DNA of 64,000 nt, from positions 1 to 64,000 of IMG/VR virus record IMGVR_UViG_3300028549_001457; one strand, 5' to 3'. Below, one piece after another: positions 35,963 to 46,210 of this stretch (position 1 is its first letter; the number at the start of each line of letters is the position of its first letter). The translations under genes and the position numbers were made by a program. Below the pieces are notes generated by a model. The model ran no database searches. It had not been told where the DNA came from and saw only the letters and a list, made by a program, of their open reading frames with translations. The stretch is from a virus. Its lineage: Duplodnaviria; Caudoviricetes.

Positions 35963-37207
35963 GTGTCAACAAAAGTCTATCTGGACATGGATGTCCTGCA
36001 AGCAGCTCAGGGGCGGATTTCATTTATTTTTGATAAATTCGAAAATATTTGTGTTTCTTTTTCAGCCGGAAAAGATAGCACCGTAATGCTCCATTTGGTT
36101 ATGGATGAAGCAAAAAGGCGACAACGCAAGGTCTCAGTCCTTTTTATTGACTGGGAGGCTCAGTTTAACCTTACAATAGACCACTGTAAAGCCTGTTTTG
36201 ATCTATATGCTGAGTGGGTCATCCCTTATTGGGTGTGTCTTCCGCTTAAGACTACAAATGCTTGTAGTATGTATGAGCCCGAGTGGACATGCTGGGAGGT
36301 CGCCAAGAAGCCGCTTTGGGTGCGAGATATCCCCGAATGGGCTATCTCAGATCACACATACTTCCCGTTCTTTTACGAGGCCATGTCTTTTGAAGAGTTT
36401 GTCCCTCTATTTGGAGAGTGGGTGGCGAGTGGCACCCCCACTGCAGTCTTGGTTGGGATTAGAACCGCAGAGAGTCTAAATAGATGGAGAACACTATTCT
36501 CGGAAAGTAAAACGTGTTTTGAAGGTCACCAGTGGACTACCAAACTATCTAATAATGTTTTCAATATGTATCCCATTTATGATTGGAAAACTGAGGATAT
36601 TTGGGTATACCATTCCACAACGGGCTTTCCCTATAATGGGCTATATGACTGTATGTTTCAGGCAGGGCTTTCCGTGTCTCAGATGAGAATCTGTGAACCC
36701 TTTGGTGATGAACAACGCAAGGGTTTATGGTTATATCATGTGGTAGAGCCCGAAACGTGGGCAAAGCTTTTGAGTCGCGTGGGCGGAGTTAACACAGGGT
36801 CCTTATATGCGGGTCAGCATAAAGGGATGCTTGGTGATGGCGCTATTGTAAAGCCCGAGGGATTTACCTGGAAAGATTTTGCCAAGCATCTTTTGGATTC
36901 CATGCCCACCCCTACCGCAGAGCATTATAAGAATAAGATCACGGTTTGGTTGAAGTGGTATCAGGATCATGGTTTTAAAGGATTCTTCCCAGTAGGATCT
37001 AACGATATTCTTGATGAACTTCCGGGGGATACTGGGGCGAAAGATACCCCCACCTGGAGGCGGGTGTGTAAAATGCTTCTTAAGAATGACTATTGGTGTA
37101 AAACCTTGGTTTTTTCACCCACTAAACAATCGTCGTTTGAGAAGTATTTGAAATTAATGCATAAGCGAAGAAAGACTTGGGGGATCTTTGATGATGTCTC
37201 TGAGTAA
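35963..37207 (+). CDS. ibrA: IbrA/YbdN-like PAPS-reductase-family protein (DUF3440)
   Basis: SFSAGKDS PP-loop; FIDWEAQ; YWVCLP; GIRTAESLNR; YPIYDW..EDIW; MRICEPFG; LLKNDY. Confidence 0.9.
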   Translation: MSTKVYLDMDVLQAAQGRISFIFDKFENICVSFSAGKDSTVMLHLVMDEAKRRQRKVSVLFIDWEAQFNLTIDHCKACFDLYAEWVIPYWVCLPLKTTNACSMYEPEWTCWEVAKKPLWVRDIPEWAISDHTYFPFFYEAMSFEEFVPLFGEWVASGTPTAVLVGIRTAESLNRWRTLFSESKTCFEGHQWTTKLSNNVFNMYPIYDWKTEDIWVYHSTTGFPYNGLYDCMFQAGLSVSQMRICEPFGDEQRKGLWLYHVVEPETWAKLLSRVGGVNTGSLYAGQHKGMLGDGAIVKPEGFTWKDFAKHLLDSMPTPTAEHYKNKITVWLKWYQDHGFKGFFPVGSNDILDELPGDTGAKDTPTWRRVCKMLLKNDYWCKTLVFSPTKQSSFEKYLKLMHKRRKTWGIFDDVSE

Positions 37208-37244
37208 TCGTCCCGCTAAGATATCTTCTAAGAAAAGGCTATAA

Positions 37245-37868
37245 ATGTTATCTAAAATAATTGACCTTCTGAATGACTCCGAAAAGCTCCCCCTAGATGA
37301 GCGGGTTGATTTCCTAAATGCTGTTAAAGTAGCTGCCCATGCGGTTAGTCCTTTTAAAGCACATCCCGTGGATTGTGTTTTATGGGCCAAGTGCGACTCT
37401 GTTGTTGCGAATGATTACAATCCCAATGTAGTAGCCCCCCCTGAGCTGGCTCTGTTAGAGCTTTCAATTATTTCCGATGGCTACACTCAGCCCATCGTCT
37501 CTTGGAGAAATGGGGACGCGCTTGAGGTTATTGATGGTTTCCATAGAAATCGGGTAGGGAAGGAAAGCCCCCTCGTTAAGGAAAAACTCCTCGGGTATCT
37601 TCCCGTGGTTATTGCTAATGCTGACCGAGTTAATTCTGGTGATCGAATGGCTTCTACCATTAGACACAATCGCGCTAGAGGTAAACATAAAATTACGGCA
37701 ATGTCTGAAATTGTAAGGTCTCTAGCCAAACGCAATTGGTCAAATGAAAAAATCGGGAAAGAACTCGGTATGGACCCCGATGAGGTTCTACGGTTTCGTC
37801 AGATTGGTGGGCTAGCTGAGGTTTTTGGGGATACTCAATTTTCCCAAGCCTGGGACGTTGAGCCCTAA
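37245..37868 (+). CDS. ibrB: IbrB/YbdM-like ParB/Srx-fold protein
   Basis: HPVDCVLW...ANDYNPN.VAPPEL.LL..SI..DGYTQPIV...IDGFHR...STIRHNRARGKH. Confidence 0.9.
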   Translation: MLSKIIDLLNDSEKLPLDERVDFLNAVKVAAHAVSPFKAHPVDCVLWAKCDSVVANDYNPNVVAPPELALLELSIISDGYTQPIVSWRNGDALEVIDGFHRNRVGKESPLVKEKLLGYLPVVIANADRVNSGDRMASTIRHNRARGKHKITAMSEIVRSLAKRNWSNEKIGKELGMDPDEVLRFRQIGGLAEVFGDTQFSQAWDVEP

Positions 37869-37888
37869 CCAGAACCATTTATGTGTTC

Positions 37889-37914
37889 AAAAGGCCTCTT
37901 CGGGGGCCTTTTTT
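37889..37914 (+). terminator. Intrinsic terminator closing the IbrAB cassette
   Basis: AAAAGGCCTC-TTCG-GGGGCCTTTT. Confidence 0.85.
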
Positions 37915-38116
37915 GTTTTTACTGTTCATAACAAAGGAAAGTGATGGTTTTTTGAGGGTATTCTAGATTTTGGCTCCAACATGTACATTTAATATGGTTA
38001 TGGGATTTTTTCCAGTTGTATTTACTCTATAATGGGGGGTGAATCAATCATTTTTTATGTGGTTGTTCACAAAAACATTTTTTTCTTTTAAATGAGCACT
38101 ATAAGGAGCCTCAAAT

Positions 38117-38740
38117 ATGTCAGAACAGACGCACATCTTAAATCGCATGGTGATTTTCACTGAAATCCCTGGAAGCCCACGGCTTCCGCAGGGGACATGC
38201 ATCACCTCCAAAAAGGTTGAGGGGTCTATTGAGTATGACGTTATCGCTCTTACTCCCTCCGGTCAGAGGTATGAGTTCAAGTCCACGCACATTGAAAACC
38301 TAATCAAAACACCCTGGGTTGATTGTGCTGTAGCCCCAACAGTTGAGAAGGTGCCTGCCTCCAAGCCTCCTGTGGAGGTTCCCAATCCTTTCACTCTAGG
38401 GGATGTTGCTTCGGTTGAGCACGGCCTCATGAATGATGCCCTTCCTACTGTGGATGTCACAGGGTCCAGCGCTAGTGAGACTTTTGGGGTGCAAGTAGCT
38501 CCTGAAGTTGAAGTAGCTCCTGAAGTTCCTGAAGTTGAAGTAGCTCCTGAAGTTCCTGAAGTTGAAGTAGCTCCTGAAGTTCCTGAAGTTGAAGTAGCTC
38601 CTGAAGTTCCTGAAGTTGAAGTAGCTCCTGAAGTTGAAGTAGCTCCTGAAGTTGAAGTAGCTCCTGAAGTTGAAGTAGCTCCTGAAGTTGAAGTAGCTCC
38701 TGAAGCCCCCGTAAAATCTCGTAAACCTAAAAAGGGTTAA
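38117..38740 (+). CDS. Hypothetical protein with acidic VAPEV(PEV)E repeat tail
   Basis: AAGGAG RBS; repeat region; basic C-terminus SRKPKKG. Confidence 0.75.
   Translation: MSEQTHILNRMVIFTEIPGSPRLPQGTCITSKKVEGSIEYDVIALTPSGQRYEFKSTHIENLIKTPWVDCAVAPTVEKVPASKPPVEVPNPFTLGDVASVEHGLMNDALPTVDVTGSSASETFGVQVAPEVEVAPEVPEVEVAPEVPEVEVAPEVPEVEVAPEVPEVEVAPEVEVAPEVEVAPEVEVAPEVEVAPEAPVKSRKPKKG
38495..38704. repeat. In-frame tandem array of 18-bp and 27-bp units ([15 protein letters not shown] x4, VAPEVE x4)
   Basis: gtagctcctgaagttgaa and gtagctcctgaagttcctgaagttgaa units. Confidence 0.95.
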
Positions 38741-38742
38741 CA

Positions 38743-39369
38743 TTGAAATTAACTCTACGAGAGTTAAGATCCGCTAGTGTCCTAGGGCCGCTAGCGGATC
38801 TTTTACATACAGGTACCACTCTCAAGGAGTTGATTCACTCGTCCCCAAATAGGTCCTATGAGGGTCCTGGGAAAGCCTGCTCTGTCACATATAAAAGTTT
38901 CAATAAATCGGGAGGGGCTTGGTTTGTAACCTACCAAGTTTTTGGTACAAAATCCGAGTCTGACCCCAGAGGGTGGAAGGTTAGGGTTCGCTTCTTTCCT
39001 GAAGCTCACGTTGCCGACCCGTTAGATCTTGACGTTGACGTTAGTTGTGATTGCCCTGCATTTTTATACTGGGGTGCCCAGTGGAATACCCATCAAAAAG
39101 ATGCCCTTGAGCGGCAGCGTCCCGAGTTAGTGGCCCCTCACCCAGTTGGAGTTGAGTTTATAGATAAGCGAGGGAACCCCAGAAAGCATAATGTCCCTCG
39201 TGATTATGTTATCTGTAAACATATTAAGGCTGTTTCCGAGCGGGTTGGCGGGTTATTAGAACGTCACCTCAAGAAACACACCGAGGATTCTGATTTCCAA
39301 GACAAAATATATCAGCAATCTCTTGAAAAAGTTAAGGCAAAAAGCTCCCCCGAGCCAACTCAGAGCTAG
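38743..39369 (+). CDS. SWIM-type zinc-finger protein
   Basis: VSCDCPAFLYWG...ICKHIKAV. Confidence 0.7.
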   Translation: MKLTLRELRSASVLGPLADLLHTGTTLKELIHSSPNRSYEGPGKACSVTYKSFNKSGGAWFVTYQVFGTKSESDPRGWKVRVRFFPEAHVADPLDLDVDVSCDCPAFLYWGAQWNTHQKDALERQRPELVAPHPVGVEFIDKRGNPRKHNVPRDYVICKHIKAVSERVGGLLERHLKKHTEDSDFQDKIYQQSLEKVKAKSSPEPTQS

Positions 39370-39412
39370 ACTTCATAGATCCCTTTTTGTGTATTGCGGG
39401 TGGGGGGTTTAG

Positions 39413-40378
39413 TTGGAAGCCTATTGTTTTGGGCCACAGGGGTTTGAGCTAGAGTTATCGCCTGAGTTTACCGGGCCGATAGAGTTGATATCTTTTCAGG
39501 GGGTTCAAGTTCTACTAAATGGGGTTGCTATACTCCCTACGTCAATATATACGTCTGGAACCCATGCTGTTTTTATCCTCAATCAGACTATTCGGCCAGC
39601 GGATGCCCTTAAGGTTAAGCTTCTGGGGGTTGACGTTGACGCCTCCCAAAAGCCTCTGCTTAGTTCGTTAATCCCTGTTGCAAACACGCTTCTGGACTAC
39701 AGTAGGTCCATCTCCTCACGTGCCTTTCATAAATCTACCGAAGTTTCACCCTTGTCAGGCGAAGGTTCCTATCGACCCTACTTATCAAATGCTTCCATTA
39801 AGGACTCCCTCACCACGACTCCTTGGACTAGAACTCCATTCACGCATACCAATTTTTTAGGTCAGATTAGTGACCATACTCGAATATTTATTGATAATAG
39901 TGGTAGTAAGATTTCTTCTGATATTTTGGTTGATTCTAACCCTGGTAGAATGGGGGAGACTATAACCTGCTCTGTTCAGATGAAGACTCCTCAGGGCGTT
40001 GGGGCGGTTATTGAGATCATAGGGTCCTCAATAGCTACATCTTCCGTGTTTACTTCAGATGATTGGGTTCAGCATAGTCTGAGTTATACGCTCCCTCAGG
40101 TTTCCCCCCTTTCAGTAAGTCTCTCAGCAACTCGTATTGGGTTGTCCGAAAAGCCTTATGCATGCTTTAGAAATTTAGAGGTTTCTTCAGATTGGAGAGG
40201 AATCCTTTTTCAGGACCCCCTTAAATCAGCAACCCAATGGGTTGTTTCTGGGTCGGCTATCCCAGGCTCAGATGCTTTTGATATAGCTACTTGGAGGGAG
40301 TTATTTCTTCCAGGCCAGTTGAGCGCCTCCTGCGCTATTCTTTCAAATGACCGCCTAACTATCACACCCCTCCCATGA
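39413..40378 (+). CDS. Hypothetical virion-associated protein
   Basis: 321-aa beta-rich ORF in the structural module. Confidence 0.55.
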   Translation: MEAYCFGPQGFELELSPEFTGPIELISFQGVQVLLNGVAILPTSIYTSGTHAVFILNQTIRPADALKVKLLGVDVDASQKPLLSSLIPVANTLLDYSRSISSRAFHKSTEVSPLSGEGSYRPYLSNASIKDSLTTTPWTRTPFTHTNFLGQISDHTRIFIDNSGSKISSDILVDSNPGRMGETITCSVQMKTPQGVGAVIEIIGSSIATSSVFTSDDWVQHSLSYTLPQVSPLSVSLSATRIGLSEKPYACFRNLEVSSDWRGILFQDPLKSATQWVVSGSAIPGSDAFDIATWRELFLPGQLSASCAILSNDRLTITPLP

Positions 40379-43300
40379 CCGTAAAAAAGCTTACAAAGGT
40401 GTCTGAACACCCTACTCAGATGAGTAGCTGTGATCGTTTATGCTTCACATCTGCTTCTGGTGGCGTCCTATTTTGGGTTGCGTATATTGTTGAAGGGGGT
40501 CATTTAACCCTCTCCAAGTATTCTTTAGATGATCTAGCTAATTCTGCGAATCCAACCCCCCTTGGGACCCATAGAATTTTGTCTAAAGTTGCTCGTTGGG
40601 CAAACCCAACACTCATTAAGTTAAATGACTCTCTGTTATATCTCATATATGAGTCCTCGACAGTCTACACAGCCCCTCGCAATCTATTTTATATTTCAAT
40701 TACGCTGTCTAATGGTATCCCCACGTTTGGGGAGCCTATTCAGATCGCTCAGAATCCAGGGTATTCTTTCCAGTATGACTGGTACTTAGATGCACAAGTT
40801 CATTTGGTGGTTGCCAACTTTTCGGGTGTCACCCATGATTGCCCCACGCTTCAGCATATTATTCTTGAAGGGTCCTCTTCAGATTTAATAACTTTGCCAC
40901 CGTCTACAAGTGTTTGTGGGTTAACATTTGCGTGTGATTCCTCCGGTTTGGCGACTCATATCATCTACGGGGCGGTTCAAAATTACTCGCAAAGCTATAT
41001 TTACCAACATTCGTTTTCGGGGACTTCTTTTGGACCTCAGGAGACGCTCACTAGCTCTACGCTCGAATTGGTTAATGATCTAACTTCCGTATCTATTGCA
41101 GGAACCCCCCTTATAATCTACAGCGCACTAACTTCAGGTAATCAGATAACCCCGCAGTTATATTATATCTTTGGGGGTGTTCACGCACCGCTAAAATTTA
41201 ATAGCGCTGAATCTGCAACTAATTTAAACCTCTTCCATGAGGATTCGTCTGGAAATTGTCTGTTTTATTTTGTAACCCATAATGTCTCTAGCCATCCACG
41301 GTCTTTATTCTATTGTAATGTCTCCTGTGATGGGGCTACTGTAGTTTTTTCTGATATTGAGTATAGACAGCCTTTTAATTCTAAAGTTTTAGGAGTGGCC
41401 TTTGGGGAGCCCATAGACTCAGTCTGGGCCGACCATACTAGGGCTGGAACCCTCCTACTTGACTATGACGCTTCAACCTCTCAGCTATGCTATTTTGATC
41501 CTCTTAAGGAAGGGGTTACTCTTTCAACATACCCCTTACTTGTCTCAGGCCATCCTCGTGGGTCTAGCTTCTTGATATCCTGCACAGAGGTTAACCCAGA
41601 AGGTCTTCATCTAGATTACTCCTGGGTTGTTGTTGAATCTGATGGGTCTCCGTGGTCTTTTGGGGACCCTGGGGTTTCCTTTGGATCTCCAAGTGCAGCA
41701 CAGACTCAAGTCTTCGTTGCCTCGGATGCCCCCGCCAACGTATATATCAAGCTTATCGCAAAAACAGGCTCTCACCAGTTTAGCTCCAATATTGTTACTA
41801 TCTCTATGGAGGCGCACAATCCACCTAGCATATCTGTCTTGGATGCCTCTACCGAGTGGCACACCCCCGTTAACCTAGATATATCTGTAACACACGCTCC
41901 GGATTACCCTGTTTCACTTACTGTTGATGGGTCTGGGATTCCATTTAAAGTGGCTCTTGGCGAGATTACTAGCAGATCCTTGTCACATACAGAAACTGTT
42001 TTTACGGTTCCCCTTACCCCCATACACCCTGATATCAATGGTGAGACTTTAACCTTTGTTGCCACCGCAAAGGAGTCTGTTGCTACTTCCACGATGTCTT
42101 TTCAGTTATCTATAGGGGCGCTACCCATATCCCTTCTAGGCTCAAAAACTCTCGTAAGATCGACCTACAACGGCACCCTCCGAACTGGAAATTATGGCCT
42201 AGGTTACTCCCTTAAAAATGCTACTGCACTGCCTTCGGACTTTACTAATGTGGTGCGATGCGTTCTGCCTTCAGGGGACTTCGCCTGGGCGTTTATGGGT
42301 TCTCATACTGTTCTTTGGGTTCTGGACTGGGACTCGGAGGAACACTGTTACTTAGTTAGTTACAAGGACATTCGTGATGTCGCCATAAACTCCTCAGGGT
42401 ATACAGGGGTTCTTACGGATGACTCTTTTATGGTATTTAACACCCGTGCGGGTATTACGGCTGATGATAGTCCAGATTCGTCTCTCTTCCCGATAAATTT
42501 CACATATCAAGATGTTCCAGACACTACTTATACTCTCGTAGCTCCTGCTTTAAATGCTGGGCTAAGGGTTTTTGCAACGGGAAACCCTCTAGTTTGGGTT
42601 ATAGCAACCTCCACGGCCCTCATATTTATATCAGTGGACCAGATGTCTTCTGAATTAATTGACCTAACCGATTTAGGGTGTGGGGAGGGCTCTCAGTTTA
42701 AGCACGTGGTCCCCCATAAGGTCGGTGGTCTTAGGGAGGGGGGTTTTCTAGTGGTAGTTCAGAACCCCTCTGGGGACGCTACGTGTATGCTTGTAGATTT
42801 GGCTACTAGGTCTACAAGTAAGGTTTGGCAGGGTCCTGAGCTTACTTCAAGTTACCTAACAACGGCAACTTTATTTGATTCTCCAGATCCCATAACCCCC
42901 ACACCTCCAGATCCTCCAGATCCTCCAGATCCTCCAGATCCACCGGACCCCGAAACATTATTTACTCTAGGAATCTGGGGTAATCTGCCCGACCAGTATC
43001 CCGGCTTAATGATTATCGAATTAGCCACACAGACGGGTGACGTAGCTCCACCAGTCACCATTGAATTGTATGTCAATCGTCCCTATAATTATGACAAACC
43101 TGTAACAATTGAACTCCCATTTGAGAATATTGAACAATCTGGAATTTCAATCTTTATTAATAGTCCAATTGCCGAAGAAGCCGGGGAGAATACAGGATAC
43201 TATGTAAACGAAGTTTATCAGGCTCTAGGAGATCCTAAAGCAGTTGTGATTCTAGGTCCAGAGGATTTTTCGATTCGAATGACTTTCAGAGATATTTATT

Positions 43301-43722
43301 CTCCGGATAGCTTTATTACTCATCTAGCTCCTATTTTATCATTTACGGGAATTGCAGGAGATCCGGGCGAAGAGATTGAACAGTCTACCTTTGTAGAGTG
43401 GATAATTCTAGATAATCCGCGTTATCTCTACCAAGGTACGAATCTAGCGGATTTCAAAGTAGTCTCAAATTTTGGTTCAGAACCTATTTGGTCAGTAGAT
43501 TTCAGAGCAGATGGAATTGGTTCTGAAATTGGAGACCCAGAAAACTATGATCAGTGGTTTGTTTTAACTTCCACCGTTGGAGAAGTAGTTACAGCCGATT
43601 ACAATTTTGGAGGTGGTTTAGATGGAACAGTTATCCAACTAACAGCTCAAAAATCCGGTAGTTGGTCGCATCCAGATGTAACTTACTCTTTCCCAATTAA
43701 CTGCGATATCATGTATGGGTAA
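40375..43722 (+). CDS. Large hypothetical structural protein (1115 aa) with a PPD-repeat linker
   Basis: Beta-rich; TPTPPDPPDPPDPPDP linker near 42900-42950 precedes a compositionally distinct C-terminal domain. Confidence 0.6.
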   Translation: MTVKKLTKVSEHPTQMSSCDRLCFTSASGGVLFWVAYIVEGGHLTLSKYSLDDLANSANPTPLGTHRILSKVARWANPTLIKLNDSLLYLIYESSTVYTAPRNLFYISITLSNGIPTFGEPIQIAQNPGYSFQYDWYLDAQVHLVVANFSGVTHDCPTLQHIILEGSSSDLITLPPSTSVCGLTFACDSSGLATHIIYGAVQNYSQSYIYQHSFSGTSFGPQETLTSSTLELVNDLTSVSIAGTPLIIYSALTSGNQITPQLYYIFGGVHAPLKFNSAESATNLNLFHEDSSGNCLFYFVTHNVSSHPRSLFYCNVSCDGATVVFSDIEYRQPFNSKVLGVAFGEPIDSVWADHTRAGTLLLDYDASTSQLCYFDPLKEGVTLSTYPLLVSGHPRGSSFLISCTEVNPEGLHLDYSWVVVESDGSPWSFGDPGVSFGSPSAAQTQVFVASDAPANVYIKLIAKTGSHQFSSNIVTISMEAHNPPSISVLDASTEWHTPVNLDISVTHAPDYPVSLTVDGSGIPFKVALGEITSRSLSHTETVFTVPLTPIHPDINGETLTFVATAKESVATSTMSFQLSIGALPISLLGSKTLVRSTYNGTLRTGNYGLGYSLKNATALPSDFTNVVRCVLPSGDFAWAFMGSHTVLWVLDWDSEEHCYLVSYKDIRDVAINSSGYTGVLTDDSFMVFNTRAGITADDSPDSSLFPINFTYQDVPDTTYTLVAPALNAGLRVFATGNPLVWVIATSTALIFISVDQMSSELIDLTDLGCGEGSQFKHVVPHKVGGLREGGFLVVVQNPSGDATCMLVDLATRSTSKVWQGPELTSSYLTTATLFDSPDPITPTPPDPPDPPDPPDPPDPETLFTLGIWGNLPDQYPGLMIIELATQTGDVAPPVTIELYVNRPYNYDKPVTIELPFENIEQSGISIFINSPIAEEAGENTGYYVNEVYQALGDPKAVVILGPEDFSIRMTFRDIYSPDSFITHLAPILSFTGIAGDPGEEIEQSTFVEWIILDNPRYLYQGTNLADFKVVSNFGSEPIWSVDFRADGIGSEIGDPENYDQWFVLTSTVGEVVTADYNFGGGLDGTVIQLTAQKSGSWSHPDVTYSFPINCDIMYG

Positions 43723-43785
43723 TGGGTTTTAAGTAATGCGATCATATCTCTACATAGTTCTTTTAATAGATAGACGGAGATCCTC

Positions 43786-44013
43786 GTGCCTCTTTACTCT
43801 CTAGTTTGCACAACTTGCCACGCTAAGGTTTGTAGGGTGTCTACTCCAACCAAGGAGTTCCCGCCCTGTAAAGTGTGTGGGGGGTCTCTAGAATCCGAGA
43901 TTCCCGTGGAGTCTTTAGTCGAGACCCCTGGGAATATGGGTCGTAAATTAGCCCGTCAGTTTGGGCAAAAGAATAAGCAGTTAACCCATAAACATAACAT
44001 TAGGACCACTTAA
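43786..44013 (+). CDS. Small zinc-ribbon protein (FmdB-like)
   Basis: MPLYSLVCTTC...CKVCG. Confidence 0.7.
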   Translation: MPLYSLVCTTCHAKVCRVSTPTKEFPPCKVCGGSLESEIPVESLVETPGNMGRKLARQFGQKNKQLTHKHNIRTT

Positions 44014-44880
44014 ATGTCGCTAACTTTTACTAGAAACGCTCAAATGGGTCCACAGTCTATGTTTATTACTGTGGTGGTTCCTAATGGGTTGTCGGATAGG
44101 CCCACTGCCGCCGCCGTTCAGAGTGTTTCATATACAGTCTACCAAGGCACCGCTCCTAACTTAACGACCTACTCTGAGTATAACCTAGAGGCCCAGCTAT
44201 CCCCCGATAAGGCAGGAACTTACTACGCCCCTTATACGGTTCCTATGGATGCCCCTTTCGGGCCATACACGCTCACCTGGAAAATCAACCTCGTGAATGG
44301 GGATACACACTTTGTAGATCAGCTTTTTTATATAGAAGATGTTAAGGCTTTTCAGTCTGAAGGGGCTTCCGCCCTTGTTGTGCTTGATGGTGTTACCGTT
44401 AACGCTAGAGTTATGCGCCTCATTAAACATCTGCGTGTTGCCCTACGAGATAACCAACCCGATAGGAACTACCATGCAGTTCCCCCCAGGTCTTCCCGCG
44501 AGGTCCAGGCTTTCAGCAACCGTGTGGGTTTCATCTGGACGGATGAAGAGTTGCTCTCCTACCTGCAGCTATCTCTTTCTGAACTCAATTCAAACAACCC
44601 TAAGACAAGTAGGACATTTCAGTTAACGGATTTCCCCGATTTCTGGTTGGCAGTGGTTGTGGACATCGCCTGTGTTCGAGCTATTATGGCCCTGGCAATT
44701 AACTGGGTTCAAGATGAATTCGGGTATAGTATCTCAGGATTATCCCTTGACCTTTCAAAAGCTGATAAATTAAGTGCCCTTCGATCAGCTATTGAAGGAA
44801 CCCTCAAGGACAAGAAAGATAACGCCACGGCCTGTCGCCCCATCTCACGGGGTGTCGCTCCCGCAAGGTGGAATATCTAA
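44014..44880 (+). CDS. Putative head-tail connector/neck protein
   Basis: LRVALRDNQPD..Y...GFIWTDEELL..L..SL...N..P; synteny. Confidence 0.6.
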   Translation: MSLTFTRNAQMGPQSMFITVVVPNGLSDRPTAAAVQSVSYTVYQGTAPNLTTYSEYNLEAQLSPDKAGTYYAPYTVPMDAPFGPYTLTWKINLVNGDTHFVDQLFYIEDVKAFQSEGASALVVLDGVTVNARVMRLIKHLRVALRDNQPDRNYHAVPPRSSREVQAFSNRVGFIWTDEELLSYLQLSLSELNSNNPKTSRTFQLTDFPDFWLAVVVDIACVRAIMALAINWVQDEFGYSISGLSLDLSKADKLSALRSAIEGTLKDKKDNATACRPISRGVAPARWNI

Positions 44881-44933
44881 ATTGAAGGCCCTCACAAAAC
44901 TCATCCTGTATCCTCTTTATAGGGGGAGAGTTT

Positions 44934-46203
44934 GTGTGGGATTTGCCTAAAATTCGCCATGAGCTTCTTCTTTTTAAGAAGAAACCTCAGCAGGCTGTTC
45001 TATCTCGGGACTTCCCTGAGTTACACGCGGCTATTTTAGCGATTACCTCGCATTTCCCAGAATGTGTGTCTTTTTCTCATAGGCTCCGACTAATTTTGGC
45101 AGGGGATATTGAGATTCCGGTTTGCCCCTTGTGTGGGGCTTTAACCTCATGGGTGCAGGGGCGCGAATGGTCCACATATTGTTCAAGGGTGTGTTCAATT
45201 AGGGCAAAATATGGAGTTGATAACTACTCTCAAGTTCCGGCTTTTAAGGAAAAACGAATTAAAACCAATCTATCCCGGTATGGCGTAAGCAATATATCGC
45301 AATTAAGGGTTACCCAAGACAAAATCAGACAAACATCTCTAAACACATTTGGGGTGCCACACCACCTTATGGCCTTTCAGTAAGATAATTAGCCTGGACT
45401 CTTCACTTCAGACGTCCGAACATTCAAGGATGCACCTAGATATGTATATACCTTCTCGGAGACTAGCTTTTGAGTATAATGGCCTTTACTGGCATTCTTC
45501 TCTTCAAGAGTGTATGTATCCTGGGTATCACCTTGATAAGACGCTTGAGGCCGAGCGCCTAGGGATTCGCCTAGTCCATATTTGGTCAGACGATTGGATC
45601 CTTAAACCAGAGATCATGCAGGCTAAAATAAGGTCACTCTTAAATATAAAACCCCCCTCCACGGTGTATGCTAGAAATTGTGCTGTAATGGTTCCGACTG
45701 CATTGCAGAAACAGGAGTTCTATCAGAAGAATCATATCAAAGGGGATGGCGCTGGGAGGGTCTCATATGCGCTTCAAGCCTCTGACATGTCTATTGTAGC
45801 CATGGCTACGTTTAAGGTTCTCGGTGAAGGTGTCTTTGATTTAAATCGTTTTGCGGTGGACATTTCAACACACGTACCTGGGGCCTTTAGTAAGCTTTTA
45901 GCTCATTTTAAACGAAATAACGACTGGACCTCCATAACAACCTATGCAGACAGGTCCTGGTCGCAAGGAAATGTCTACAAAGTTTCAGGCTTTACCTTGG
46001 CTCACACTACTCCTCCAGCATTCCATGGTCTTGAGTATGGGTTTTCCCAACGTGTATCTCGTAGGGCCTACACTCATGCACGACTAGCCAGCAGGTTTCC
46101 CCAGTCATATGACCCCACAAAAACGCAGCTAGAGAATATGGATTTGGCAGGGGTCCCCGTGATATATGATTGTGGCAATTATGCTTTCACTTTAAGTAGG
46201 TAG
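44934..46203 (+). pseudogene. Split homing-endonuclease-like gene: N-terminal Zn/KYGV repeats (44934-45383), then Vsr-like nuclease plus Mom/GNAT-like domain (45349-46203) in a different frame
   Basis: CPLCG..YCSRVC, KYGVDN.SQ repeats; LDMYIP..AFEYNGLYWHS; YARNC..LNRFA..GAFSKLL..YADRSWSQG..IYDCG. Confidence 0.65.
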
Positions 46204-46210
46204 GTATTCT

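Noticed and set aside
38495-38704. 18/27-bp repeats as a CRISPR or guide array for the RAMP-like protein
   Set aside because: No unique spacers; fully explained as a coding VAPEVE repeat
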